Of a stretch of 64,000 nt of DNA, positions 47,087-56,350 are shown one piece after another. The notes under the pieces were generated by a model. That model searched no databases. It had not been told where the DNA came from and was given only the letters and a program-made list of their open reading frames with translations. The stretch's first letter is position 1. Each line of letters starts with the position of its first letter. Made by a program: the position numbers and the translations under genes. The stretch is from IMG/VR virus record IMGVR_UViG_3300045988_092720; one strand, given 5' to 3'. The stretch comes from a virus.

Positions 47087-48226
47087 TTAAATTAATCCAG
47101 CAGGGTTCGATGCATAATAATCACGAACATTATCACTACCACCGCTACCACCTAAGCCATTGAAAAATCTACCGATGGCAGAGCCTTCCCAAATAGACTC
47201 ATGTTTAGGAGCAGTGTATACTGGTTGTTGGTAATGCATCATCGCACGTTGGGTACTCACCTCTGGTTCATAGCTTACACTAGGTGCCTCATCATAAGAT
47301 GGTTCATAAGAACCACCATAAGAAGCAGCTCTAGCTTGTGCCACTCTAGCAGCTTCGGCTTCTGCTTGTTGACGTAAGCGTTCTTGTTCTGCTAGATATT
47401 CACGATATGGTGCACGAATGGCTCCTTGCCGATATAACTCTTCGATTTCTTGTGGGTGGAATTCAGTACGTGCTTTCATAGACGTAATATCATCTGCACC
47501 CCAACCAAGTTCTCCGAGTTTTTTGTCATCTGCCCATTGATAACCCATCTCTTTAGAGAATGGATTTTGTCGTGCCCATGCCATATCTTGAGGAATTGCA
47601 TCCATACGTTGCTGAGCAATCTGTCCCATTGTTAATGGGGTATAGTTTCCTTCAGCTGCGTTTCGGAATTTTTCCTCTAAAGCCTTACCTTGTTGCAAAA
47701 TATCATAAATAGCACTAGGATTAGACAAGCCTTGATGGCTGGCTGCAAATTCTTGACTACCATCACTTTGGAATTTAGGTGCCATACTCACAGATGTAAA
47801 ATCTTGTGATGGCTTATACATGCCGTCTTTAGGGAAGCCTTGAGTAGCCTCATATTGAGCTTTCGCCTGATTAATCGGTTCTCTTTGCTTCATAAAATCT
47901 TGGTAGTTAGGAACAGCAGCTTGAACACCAGCTTGTTTTGCCAATTGTTCTGCAATTGGAGCATAGCCCATACGTGGTGTCAAATCCATATGTGGTTGAC
48001 TAGGTGTAGGGTTAGCTGTCATAACCTGATGCTGTGGTTTTGCATTAGGGCTAGGTTTTTTATCTAGCAAGGCTTGTTGTTCTGCCGAAAAATTTTGCCT
48101 TTCACTATATTCTTCTTTTTCTGGCGTTTTGTCCATTTTTTGTTTCTCTTGAGATAATGGAGTAAATGTACCAGAGTTAATGTCATATTGAAAAGGCAAT
48201 TTTGTTGGACTGTAAGAAATCTTCAA
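47087..48226 (-). CDS. Head morphogenesis / minor head protein (by position).
   Basis: 379 aa. Non-ATG start (TTG) in the track. Q/P-rich N-terminus. Confidence 0.4.
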   Translation of the reverse strand: MKISYSPTKLPFQYDINSGTFTPLSQEKQKMDKTPEKEEYSERQNFSAEQQALLDKKPSPNAKPQHQVMTANPTPSQPHMDLTPRMGYAPIAEQLAKQAGVQAAVPNYQDFMKQREPINQAKAQYEATQGFPKDGMYKPSQDFTSVSMAPKFQSDGSQEFAASHQGLSNPSAIYDILQQGKALEEKFRNAAEGNYTPLTMGQIAQQRMDAIPQDMAWARQNPFSKEMGYQWADDKKLGELGWGADDITSMKARTEFHPQEIEELYRQGAIRAPYREYLAEQERLRQQAEAEAARVAQARAASYGGSYEPSYDEAPSVSYEPEVSTQRAMMHYQQPVYTAPKHESIWEGSAIGRFFNGLGGSGGSDNVRDYYASNPAGLI

Positions 48227-48463
48227 AATACATTATCCTTTCTATAAATTTGTTCATTACCCAGAACGTGGGAGATAATAGGACCACCTCCGTCATACTA
48301 CGCCAAATATGAATTCAGTCATCTTACTATCACCCCCAATCATGAGTTGTATAACTAAACTGGATAATAACCACGTTGATTTTCAAATTTGTGTTTTTCC
48401 AGTAAAGTTGCCAGTTCTTGTTCGGCAATTACGCCATTTGTAATAATAGCATTCAAGAAGTCA

Positions 48464-50605
48464 TTAAAAGCCTCCGACGCTACGAGAAGGTTCCGTTGGT
48501 GCTCCATTTCCGTTACGTGGCACGATTTGAGGCGATTGATTATCAGTTCTTGATAAGCCCCCAACCAGTCCTTGAGCAAGGTTTGGACCGCCAAAGCTAA
48601 ATCCTTGTCCGCCATTTCCGCCTTGAGTTGCTCCGTTTCCTTGTAGAGTGTTGAATAATCCTGTTTGTTCTGTTCCATTTCCTTCTCCTCCAAATAATAA
48701 CTGTAGTTCTGGTGGTAGCATCAATAAGTATTGAGGTGGTAATACACCAAATGTCATATATGCTTGTAATGCTTCTGGTGGTAAACTACCAAGGACTTGT
48801 TGTTTAAGTTGCATATCCATAATTGCACGTTGTTGTACAACAGCAGGGTCTGTAACATAATCATTGTAATTTTTAAAACCAGCACTTTCAATCCATTTTT
48901 TGAATAGATTGTAAATGTTTTGTGGTGTAACAATAGGAATACCAGCTGCTTGTGTTTGCATTAAAGCTGTAAGCATTGTTTGCAAAGTCATAATAGTAGA
49001 CTCTTTAGTAGAAATACTGATACCAGCATTGACAACCAAATCGAAATTGCCATTTAAGTCGTCAGGGCTAATACGTAACTGTTTGTTAGTTAGTCGAACC
49101 ACTGTTTCTTGGTCTACGAATTTTTGGTTCAAGCTAACCATAAAACGAAACAGTTCCGATATCCCTGTCTCCGCAAACATACGAGCAATTAATTCAAGCC
49201 GTTGTGCAGATTGTCCTAAAATAGCACTAATGCCTGTAGCCGTTTTGTTTAGGCTGTTAGCATCAAGACCTTGGTTATACCGTGTAATACCAGTGCGATT
49301 TTCCTTTTGCCCCTCTAGCCACTCTAAAAATTGGAAAGTTTGTGGGGATAATTGGTTTACAGGCATAGACATAGCTACGTCACCCATACTAGCACCTGGT
49401 TTTTTACGAATAACCTTACGACCTTCAATATAGTCAGAGATGTTAATACTATCTTCAGACAAAATCATTTTAGGGTCATTTGTCAATGCAATATTTTGTA
49501 CGATTTGGCGAGTTAAAGCTACTTTCATATCTTGTAATTCACCAATAAGTTCTGCATAAGAACGCTTAACCCAAATACGATGTGGGTCTTTAGTTGGAGA
49601 AATAGAGAAGAATGGGTGTCTACCCATGTAATTAGGCTCAGCACGTAGGATTACATCACCAGCAACGGTAATAATCATATCCTCAAGAATACCATCGTTA
49701 TTGAAGTCAATCTTGGTATAGCACTCATAAATTGTAACTTCATCACGTGCTTTTTCTTGATTATTTTTATTAAGAGGAGTGTAATTATCGCCAATAGCTT
49801 GTTCTACTTCGTTAGATAGCCAAGATGTAGGACCATTATCTGGTTTAACCATATCTACATTAGCGTAAATACCCTCTTTTTCTTTTTGACGAAGATGAGA
49901 CATGGTAACTTTTTTACGGTGTGCCACGAAATTCGCATCTTCGAGGTTTTTAGCATCAGGAGAATATAGAAATTCTGATACTAAGATGTTCTCAATTTTA
50001 GGACTATTCTTAATATAATACGGAGAATTCCATGTAACCATGAAGTCACCCATCATATCTGGACCTTGTACATTGGTAATTTCAACACCAGTATGAGCTA
50101 ATAACTGTAAAGCCTCGGCATTGAGCTTTTGTGTTTCTGGTGTCCACCCCTCTGTACGTTCCCAATAGCATTTGATAATACCCATACCTGTAATCAAAGA
50201 GTCTTTCATCCAATTATACAGAATAGGGAAGAATTTGTTTTGGCGTTGCAATTGATATACAAGTAAACTTTGCATAACTTCTGCATTTTGGTCATCTTCT
50301 TCAGTAACACCAGCTACTGTAATTACTTCGTCAGAGCCAGTAAATACCTTCATCAAAGATGGTAACGCCCATTCAATAGTATCCGCCACATCTGTAGATA
50401 CCAAAGAAGAAGTTTTACTTAAAATAGGGAATTTATTAGCGTAGTAATCTTTATCAGCATAGTAAATCTGATAACGCTCACGGACAGTAGGCTCAATAAT
50501 AGATTGTTGATATGCCTCAGCTTCCGCAATGTCAGCTTGTACAGACTTTAATAAAGCCTTATCCGCTTCTTCACCTGTTAATTCAACCATATATTCATCA
50601 GCCAA
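48464..50605 (-). CDS. Portal protein.
   Basis: 713 aa, immediately downstream of the large terminase. Gly-rich disordered C-terminus. Confidence 0.7.
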   Translation of the reverse strand: MADEYMVELTGEEADKALLKSVQADIAEAEAYQQSIIEPTVRERYQIYYADKDYYANKFPILSKTSSLVSTDVADTIEWALPSLMKVFTGSDEVITVAGVTEEDDQNAEVMQSLLVYQLQRQNKFFPILYNWMKDSLITGMGIIKCYWERTEGWTPETQKLNAEALQLLAHTGVEITNVQGPDMMGDFMVTWNSPYYIKNSPKIENILVSEFLYSPDAKNLEDANFVAHRKKVTMSHLRQKEKEGIYANVDMVKPDNGPTSWLSNEVEQAIGDNYTPLNKNNQEKARDEVTIYECYTKIDFNNDGILEDMIITVAGDVILRAEPNYMGRHPFFSISPTKDPHRIWVKRSYAELIGELQDMKVALTRQIVQNIALTNDPKMILSEDSINISDYIEGRKVIRKKPGASMGDVAMSMPVNQLSPQTFQFLEWLEGQKENRTGITRYNQGLDANSLNKTATGISAILGQSAQRLELIARMFAETGISELFRFMVSLNQKFVDQETVVRLTNKQLRISPDDLNGNFDLVVNAGISISTKESTIMTLQTMLTALMQTQAAGIPIVTPQNIYNLFKKWIESAGFKNYNDYVTDPAVVQQRAIMDMQLKQQVLGSLPPEALQAYMTFGVLPPQYLLMLPPELQLLFGGEGNGTEQTGLFNTLQGNGATQGGNGGQGFSFGGPNLAQGLVGGLSRTDNQSPQIVPRNGNGAPTEPSRSVGGF

Positions 50606-50607
50606 TA

Positions 50608-52044
50608 TTACATTGCACCTCCCATCGGTATGTCAGCAGTATTAACTGTTCCAAATGTTCCTACAGGTGGACTAGCAATAGCTGAAATGTGTGCTAAACT
50701 GTCAATTAAATCGTCATGTAAAGATTTAGGGAACGATAAAAACTCGCTCTCAAGTTCTACTAAGAAGTCTTTGCCCATAGGGAACCACAATGTGCCAGCC
50801 TTAAAGCGTGGTTGCAATGCGGCAATACGAATTTCTTTCTTCTCCTTAGCCTCTAATGGCTTAACTGTGAACCAAGTATTACGAGCAATCATTTCTTTCT
50901 CCACAAAATGAATTAAAGCCGCCTGATAAGCGACCTTTTCAATACCAACAAAGATTGGTCGGTATTTTTGTACCATTCTAAAGATGGTGTCAATTGTTTT
51001 CGTTGGGTCCCATCGTCCATAATCAATTTCTAATAGGAACCAATGGTTTTCTGGATTTACGGCAACAGCACAGACAGATGTAAAGTCAGCTGTTTCCTTT
51101 TCAGAAATAGCTAAATCGCAAGCGATAAAGATAGAACAATCTTCGATATTCAATACGTTAGGGTCATAATAGCGGAAGTATTCTTTTTTGAAGATTTGGC
51201 TTTCAGGAGAGATAGCAATACATAGTTTCTCACGTTCCCAAATATCTAACTGACCAAGTTTACGCCACTTTTCTCGTTCATCATTAATCGCTTCTACTGG
51301 ATACATCTCTTCCCAGTTAGATTGACCATCTTCATTTAATACAGGAATACGCTCAGCATCAAAACCTAATTCCTCTTTGTTGGATATTACCTGTTCAATA
51401 ATACACTTTTCACCAAGATTATTACCGATGAAGAATATCCGTGTGTTCTTGCCAAGGAAATACACATCAGATAAGAACCATTGATAGTCAGATTTTTGCA
51501 CTGTATCAGATAAACTATCTTCCAAGTCTTGAGGGTCATCTATGAGGATAATATCAGGTCGTCTATCCTTGTTATTCAAACCACGGACACTAGAACCCTT
51601 ACCATACGCTTCCATACGCACAGTGATTTCTTCACCGTTTTTATCCTTCACCACAATTTCAAATGCCTTCTCAGACTGTTCTTTAATACGAACAAGATTA
51701 AGGTTCATTAATTCATTACTGGTGTATTCTTCTGCAATATCTTTAAGCCTTCGGCTGGCTGCCCGTTGGTTAGCCATGATAAATACGATGTATTGCTTCT
51801 TCTTGGATGGAAATACCAAACAGTGAATTGGGAAAGCTCTTAATACGTACGACGTTTTCGCACTCTCACGGAAGCCCTCTACCGCATAATGTCTATCTCC
51901 GTTTAGTAATACCTCTCCCCATTTACGGTGAAACCAAGCAGGCTTTACTTCGTTCTCCGCTGGAAGAAACATCTGCCTAAATAATACCAAGTCATTCTCA
52001 CATCTATCGTAAATCTCAGCTAATTGTTCAATCTCTTTCGACAT
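50608..52044 (-). CDS. terL: Terminase large subunit.
   Basis: N-terminal ATPase with a deviant Walker A (GFRESAKTS). C-terminal RNaseH-like nuclease with acidic residues (FIACDLAISEKETADFTSV). First gene of the leftward late operon. Confidence 0.85.
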   Translation of the reverse strand: MSKEIEQLAEIYDRCENDLVLFRQMFLPAENEVKPAWFHRKWGEVLLNGDRHYAVEGFRESAKTSYVLRAFPIHCLVFPSKKKQYIVFIMANQRAASRRLKDIAEEYTSNELMNLNLVRIKEQSEKAFEIVVKDKNGEEITVRMEAYGKGSSVRGLNNKDRRPDIILIDDPQDLEDSLSDTVQKSDYQWFLSDVYFLGKNTRIFFIGNNLGEKCIIEQVISNKEELGFDAERIPVLNEDGQSNWEEMYPVEAINDEREKWRKLGQLDIWEREKLCIAISPESQIFKKEYFRYYDPNVLNIEDCSIFIACDLAISEKETADFTSVCAVAVNPENHWFLLEIDYGRWDPTKTIDTIFRMVQKYRPIFVGIEKVAYQAALIHFVEKEMIARNTWFTVKPLEAKEKKEIRIAALQPRFKAGTLWFPMGKDFLVELESEFLSFPKSLHDDLIDSLAHISAIASPPVGTFGTVNTADIPMGGAM

Positions 52045-52465
52045 TACATCTCTCCTTTCTTACCCTTTCATTACTTTCTCCTAAAAATACAATTTTGTAG
52101 CGTATTTGTTACTCTACAGATAATTACAGAAAGAAAATACTCTACGTTTCTGCTTTCGTAATACCACTCTGAAGTGTATCCCTGAGAAAGCTGATACGTA
52201 TTTTTTCTGACGAGTATTACAATACGAGGAAGAAAAAAGAAAAAGAAAAGAAAGAAATATATAAAGAAAGAAAAGACAAAGAAAAAAGACTAGTAAACCA
52301 CACTATACATAGTTTGCCATTTTTTGGTACTTACGATACCCCAACCCACCATTTCAACCGTATTACAATATCCACCTGTCAATTAAAAATAGCGTCCATT
52401 TTCGTATTCTGGGGAGATACAATTACTTCATGTTACATTCATTTATAGTACTACCCTTTTTAGAA

Positions 52466-52582
52466 GCCCCACCCCTTTGGATTTTTGTATAAGCATGATT
52501 TCAGAAGTCTTTGAATTTTTGTATAAGCAGTCTCTATTTTCTATGTCCAGCCCCCACGCCCCGAATGCGAAGCCCCACCCCC
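52466..52582. promoter_or_regulatory. C-rich/G-rich regulatory element with a 15-bp direct repeat and a G4-capable motif, in the divergent control region.
   Basis: agCCCCACCCC at 52466-52476. Direct repeat atttttgtataagca at 52480-52494 and 52515-52529. CCCCCacgCCCC...CCCCaCCCCC at 52551-52582, which on the minus strand is four G-runs of four or more. Confidence 0.4.
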
Positions 52583-52822
52583 TGAAGTGTGGAAGAGAAA
52601 GAGCAAACAGATGTACGATAGAAAGGGCAAAATTCACAGTATTACAACGCACTATATAAAGTGGGGGGGTAATGTCGGAAAACACGGGGTAAATACAACG
52701 CATTACACTATATGATTGGATATGTGGCATAGTTTAGTCAAGGCAACTGACTAAGGGTTGCAGGATACACAAACAAGTATCCAGTTATATTACTTGCCCT
52801 CAAGGGCGGAAAGAGGTCTAAA

Positions 52823-53251
52823 ATGGCTAAAACTACAACAACAAATATCGTAACTGATTTCAAGGCTTTGCTTGAAAAAGCTCACAAACTATCTGAGGGC
52901 GAACGCTTGCCAATGGTAGAGCGTAAATATCAAGCTGTAACAGATACAAAAAATCTAACTGTATCCGTAACACTTGAATTGCCACTCAGTGAAGTAATGA
53001 AATCCGCAAAGGGCTCTAATTACATTGTCCCTATGGGCAATGTAAAAGGTGCTAGAGGCTCAAATGTGATTGAGGCTCACACTGAGGATGGGCTTATTAT
53101 CAAATTATACGCTGATAGAGCCTATATTTCAAGCGAAGCTCAAGAAAAAGAAAAAGCAGTGAAAAACGCTACTAATTCTGAAAAAGAGCTATTAAAAGAG
53201 CAAAATAAAATGCTCATGGCTCTATTAGCTAAAAATGGTATTGAATTATAA
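52823..53251 (+). CDS. Hypothetical protein, expressed as an isolated gene.
   Basis: 142 aa. The 5' UTR holds three palindromes (TAGTCAaggcaacTGACTA, GGATACacaaacaaGTATCC). A strong terminator follows. Confidence 0.5.
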   Translation: MAKTTTTNIVTDFKALLEKAHKLSEGERLPMVERKYQAVTDTKNLTVSVTLELPLSEVMKSAKGSNYIVPMGNVKGARGSNVIEAHTEDGLIIKLYADRAYISSEAQEKEKAVKNATNSEKELLKEQNKMLMALLAKNGIEL

Positions 53252-53259
53252 TCCTAGGA

Positions 53260-53290
53260 GGGTAGTCTATTAAGGCTACCCTTTTTTTTT
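53260..53290 (+). terminator. Intrinsic terminator (T1).
   Basis: GGGTAG...CTACCC hairpin followed by T9. Confidence 0.7.
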
Positions 53291-53292
53291 AT

Positions 53293-54180
53293 TTTATATT
53301 TTAATTGTATACAATTATGTTTTATACTGTTATATTGGTATTATGGTAAATTTGATACAATGGAATTTTATATTATTCTTTTCCCCGCAAGTCAATTGTG
53401 TACAATTGAATTGTATACTATTTTCTGGTGTTTTTTATGATGTTTAAAATCGAACATATGTTTATATACATTGTATAAAATTGAATTGTGTATAATGTAG
53501 CCTGCAATCGAACACATTGTATGGAATTGTATTTTATGCAATTGAGTTTTATACTATTATCTTTTATAGAAATTGTATTTCATACAATTTGATTTTATTC
53601 TATTATATCTTATACTGTATTATCTTATATTGTTTATATTTTATAAAATGGAATTTGATACTTTTATTTTCCCCGCAACCGTATTGTATGCAATTGAATT
53701 GTATTCGATTATATTGTATTGTGTATCATCATACCCAATTAATTGTATGCAATCTTATTTTGTATTATTCAATCGTGATTATTGCTAGTTGTATAAAATT
53801 ATATTTGAGGCTATCCTATTGTGTAGGGTAGCCTTTTTTTTTATGTCAAATTTTATTGTGTACAATTTAATCGTGTAATTTAAAACGCTTTATTTGCCCT
53901 GTACGGCGTTTTTATATGTTCCATGATAGATTATACCTAAAAATAGTTAGATAGGGCTTACAGCTTAAATAAATGAATTCTAGGGCTATTGACAAAATTA
54001 TATATATGTGGTATTTTATTATATTTACATTTAATAGAGAATACAATTCAATTTGATACAATTTAATTGATAGTAGAATAATCACGCACTATATATTTTT
54101 TATATATTATATTTGATGCAATTTAATTTCACGCATACGTATTATATAAAATATAATTTGATGTAGCATCGAACATACGT
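53293..54180. repeat. AT-rich non-coding iteron / direct-repeat region; candidate replication origin or regulatory hub.
   Basis: At least 12 copies of ATTGTRTR (AATTGAATTGTAT). Three ATCGAACAYA boxes at 53448, 53507 and 54166. Four to five TTTGATRCAAT boxes. An approximately 280-bp direct repeat anchored on ttttccccgcaa (53378 and 53660). An internal TTGACA-N17-TATTTT promoter at ~53989. Confidence 0.5.
53809..53842 (+). terminator. Intrinsic terminator (T2), near-duplicate of T1.
   Basis: GGCTAtCCTA...TAGGgTAGCC hairpin followed by T9. Its flanks resemble those of T1 (…TTTTTTTTTAT…ATTGTrTACAATT). Confidence 0.6.
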
Positions 54181-54373
54181 TTGCTTTGGGTGGTTGGCTG
54201 GCTTGCTCCGTCGTCCGTCAGTTCGCATAGTTGCTGGGTTTTCAACCGATGGCTCGGAAATGTGGGATAGTCAGGTTGTCCCAACGGACAGCACCACGTT
54301 GGGTTGAGTACCTCGGTACTTCGTAGATTGGTGCGTAGTTCGCCAGAAATAAGAGGCGAGAAAGGGGTTCATT

Positions 54374-54649
54374 ATGAACATCGAAAAACAAATACAAGTG
54401 TCTTGGAAAGCCGCTATAGCGATATTATTAGGAAAAGCTGGTATTTATGACGCCAACTTAGATTACGTGCATCTTTCTGATGCAGAGGGTTTCCCAGAAG
54501 ATTACGGTTGGATTGAATATCGTAGTATAGAGGGACCTGTAATTTATACTTCTACACCATTTTGTTTTATGGCTTATAAAAATAATGTAGCTCGTGCTAA
54601 AAAAGTTGGTATGAGAAAAATTATTCGTGCATACGAAGTATGTCGATAG
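54374..54649 (+). CDS. Hypothetical protein.
   Basis: 91 aa, preceded by a GC-rich structured leader of about 190 nt. Confidence 0.5.
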   Translation: MNIEKQIQVSWKAAIAILLGKAGIYDANLDYVHLSDAEGFPEDYGWIEYRSIEGPVIYTSTPFCFMAYKNNVARAKKVGMRKIIRAYEVCR

Positions 54650-54668
54650 TGTATTAGGAGTGAATATT

Positions 54669-54884
54669 ATGAGACGTGAGTTTGCATCTACGTACCCAGC
54701 GGGTACAGATTTCTTTTTAATGTTTGACTCTGCCCGTATTGTGGCAGTTCACATGGGCGAAGATGTTCCAGATGCTTTGTCTGATGCTGATTTAGAATGT
54801 TTGGCTACGGAACGATGTGTGTCTATTCACACTATCCGTCTTGAACATCAATATTTCCAACGTGGTATTTTAGGCTGGGAGTAA
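54669..54884 (+). CDS. Hypothetical protein (start refined to MRREFAST).
   Basis: GGAGTG RBS. Confidence 0.45.
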   Translation: MRREFASTYPAGTDFFLMFDSARIVAVHMGEDVPDALSDADLECLATERCVSIHTIRLEHQYFQRGILGWE

Positions 54885-54911
54885 TCCCAGTCTTTTTAAT
54901 TGGAGGTTATT

Positions 54912-55055
54912 ATGACACTCAAAGAATTGCGTAGAAAACAATCCAAGGATAAAGCCTTGGTGGAAGATATACTGTTTATTACAGGCGTATTTGTGTTATT
55001 AGTTATCTGGGGACAATACTGTTTGTCCCATGGTTGGGTAATATTTTTAGATTGA
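54912..55055 (+). CDS. Small membrane peptide (47 aa, MTLKELRRKQ...GVFVLLVIWGQ...). Not in the ORF track.
   Basis: Read by hand. GGAGG RBS, one TM helix. Confidence 0.4.
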   Translation: MTLKELRRKQSKDKALVEDILFITGVFVLLVIWGQYCLSHGWVIFLD

Positions 55056-55063
55056 GGGCTGAT

Positions 55064-55468
55064 ATGTTCAAAGTTAAAAATGCATTGGAAATCTTAACTA
55101 TTCGAGCCTTTTTATCATACTTGGATAGAGGCTATGGTGTACTACCACTAGGCAATAGTATTTTTGCTGTTGCATATGAAATCTATGTTCGTGATTTTTA
55201 CAATAATATAGATTGTGATGTTACTTGCATTACCGTACAAGACCGTCATCTTTATGTAGATTACCGTAATAATATTGCAGAATGCTATGATGGTGATTAT
55301 ACACCACTATGGACACCTGAAGAATGTTTATATTATACGCTCTTGTCAGTTGGTTTGGTCAATAAAGGCGATAAATACAAGAAATTTGTCGGTAAAGACC
55401 GTGAATATGGTAAACCTTGGAAATATTATTGGGAAATAGATTGGAACACAAAACAGGAGGATGAATAA
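55064..55468 (+). CDS. Hypothetical protein.
   Basis: 135 aa with a GAGGG RBS; start refined to MFKVKN. Confidence 0.45.
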   Translation: MFKVKNALEILTIRAFLSYLDRGYGVLPLGNSIFAVAYEIYVRDFYNNIDCDVTCITVQDRHLYVDYRNNIAECYDGDYTPLWTPEECLYYTLLSVGLVNKGDKYKKFVGKDREYGKPWKYYWEIDWNTKQEDE

Positions 55469-55560
55469 TGTATAACGATATTTGGTGGTTAATTTTCTTA
55501 ATTATGGCTGGTATATTTATTATTATTATCGGACTTGGCGTAATTTATATTTTCTTATAG
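55468..55560 (+). CDS. Tiny hydrophobic peptide (30 aa, MYNDIWWLIFLIMAGIFIIIIGLGVIYIFL). Not in the ORF track.
   Basis: AGGAGG RBS 8 nt upstream. ATGA overlap with the previous stop. Confidence 0.3.
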   Translation: MYNDIWWLIFLIMAGIFIIIIGLGVIYIFL

Positions 55561-55568
55561 GGGGTATT

Positions 55569-55718
55569 ATGTTAATTACGGTCGATGACATATTACGTGT
55601 TATAGAAAACAATCCGAAAACCTATACATGGTATATATATGATAGGTATACAAAAGTAACACGTGAAATCAATAATTTCCGTCTCGCCCCTGATATGCTA
55701 GTATTATGTGATGACTGA
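55569..55718 (+). CDS. Small hypothetical protein (49 aa, MLITVDDILRV...).
   Basis: GGGGG RBS. Start refined within track ORF 55482..55718. Confidence 0.35.
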   Translation: MLITVDDILRVIENNPKTYTWYIYDRYTKVTREINNFRLAPDMLVLCDD

Positions 55719-55727
55719 GAAAACATA

Positions 55728-55919
55728 ATGAACAGCAAAGCTGTGTGCAAAGCTGTAAGATTTTTGCATTTAGATACGCTTGTAAAGGTTGGTCTATTCC
55801 ATTACCAATACAGACACTATACTCTGTTTTATCATGAAAAACATATTCGTGATATTGTAATCCAAGATAAAAAAATTATCCTCGTTATCGACAGTGATGA
55901 AAGGAGATGGGGTAAATGA
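55728..55919 (+). CDS. Hypothetical protein.
   Basis: 63 aa. Confidence 0.4.
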   Translation: MNSKAVCKAVRFLHLDTLVKVGLFHYQYRHYTLFYHEKHIRDIVIQDKKIILVIDSDERRWGK

Positions 55920-56272
55920 GCAAACAAGACGTAGGAAATTTGAGCTTTATTTATGATAGCAAGAAAAATCGTCCTGTATTTGCAAGACGGTTAATTAATG
56001 GTCAAGTGTGCGATATTCCATTGAAACGCACATCGTATACAGACGAACATACCGTGTTTTTAACATGGGATGGGTATCATGACCAATTAATGTCTAAGGA
56101 TTTTGGTCGCATAGCCCGTAAAAATGGATATTGGATGGATGTTAAAATTCGTTCAGTTGGTATGCATTTTGTTGGCACTTGGGATATTTTTGAACAAGTA
56201 ATTGAAGATGAAAAGGTATACCTATGTATCACAGATGGTACATTCCTAGAAGAAAACGGTCTATCATTATGA
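55916..56272 (+). CDS. Hypothetical protein.
   Basis: 118 aa with ATGA coupling. Confidence 0.45.
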   Translation: MSKQDVGNLSFIYDSKKNRPVFARRLINGQVCDIPLKRTSYTDEHTVFLTWDGYHDQLMSKDFGRIARKNGYWMDVKIRSVGMHFVGTWDIFEQVIEDEKVYLCITDGTFLEENGLSL

Positions 56273-56350
56273 TGCATGACGTAGTTTGTTTATTAATTTT
56301 ATCTTATATGCTTTATTGTGTGTATATTATTTGGAAAGGTGGTCAATAAT

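Noticed and set aside
48224-48226. 'M' start of the 379-aa ORF 47087..48226.
   Set aside because: The codon here is TTG, not ATG, so the track uses alternative start codons. The true start may be further downstream, and the coordinates are kept only as approximate.
52443-52730. 95-aa minus-strand ORF in the divergent control region.
   Set aside because: No RBS. It spans the C-rich/G-rich regulatory boxes and its translation is composition-driven. Regulatory DNA is more likely here than a gene.
53517-53831. Two overlapping plus-strand ORFs (104 and 71 aa) full of Ile/Tyr/Leu/Phe.
   Set aside because: They lie entirely inside the AT-rich iteron region. They are low-complexity translations of the repeats, with no RBS and no coupling to neighbours.
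53293-54180. Possible CRISPR array, given the many short repeats.
   Set aside because: The repeats are degenerate, of unequal length and irregularly spaced, without unique spacers of uniform size. This pattern fits iterons or promoter-like boxes, not CRISPR.
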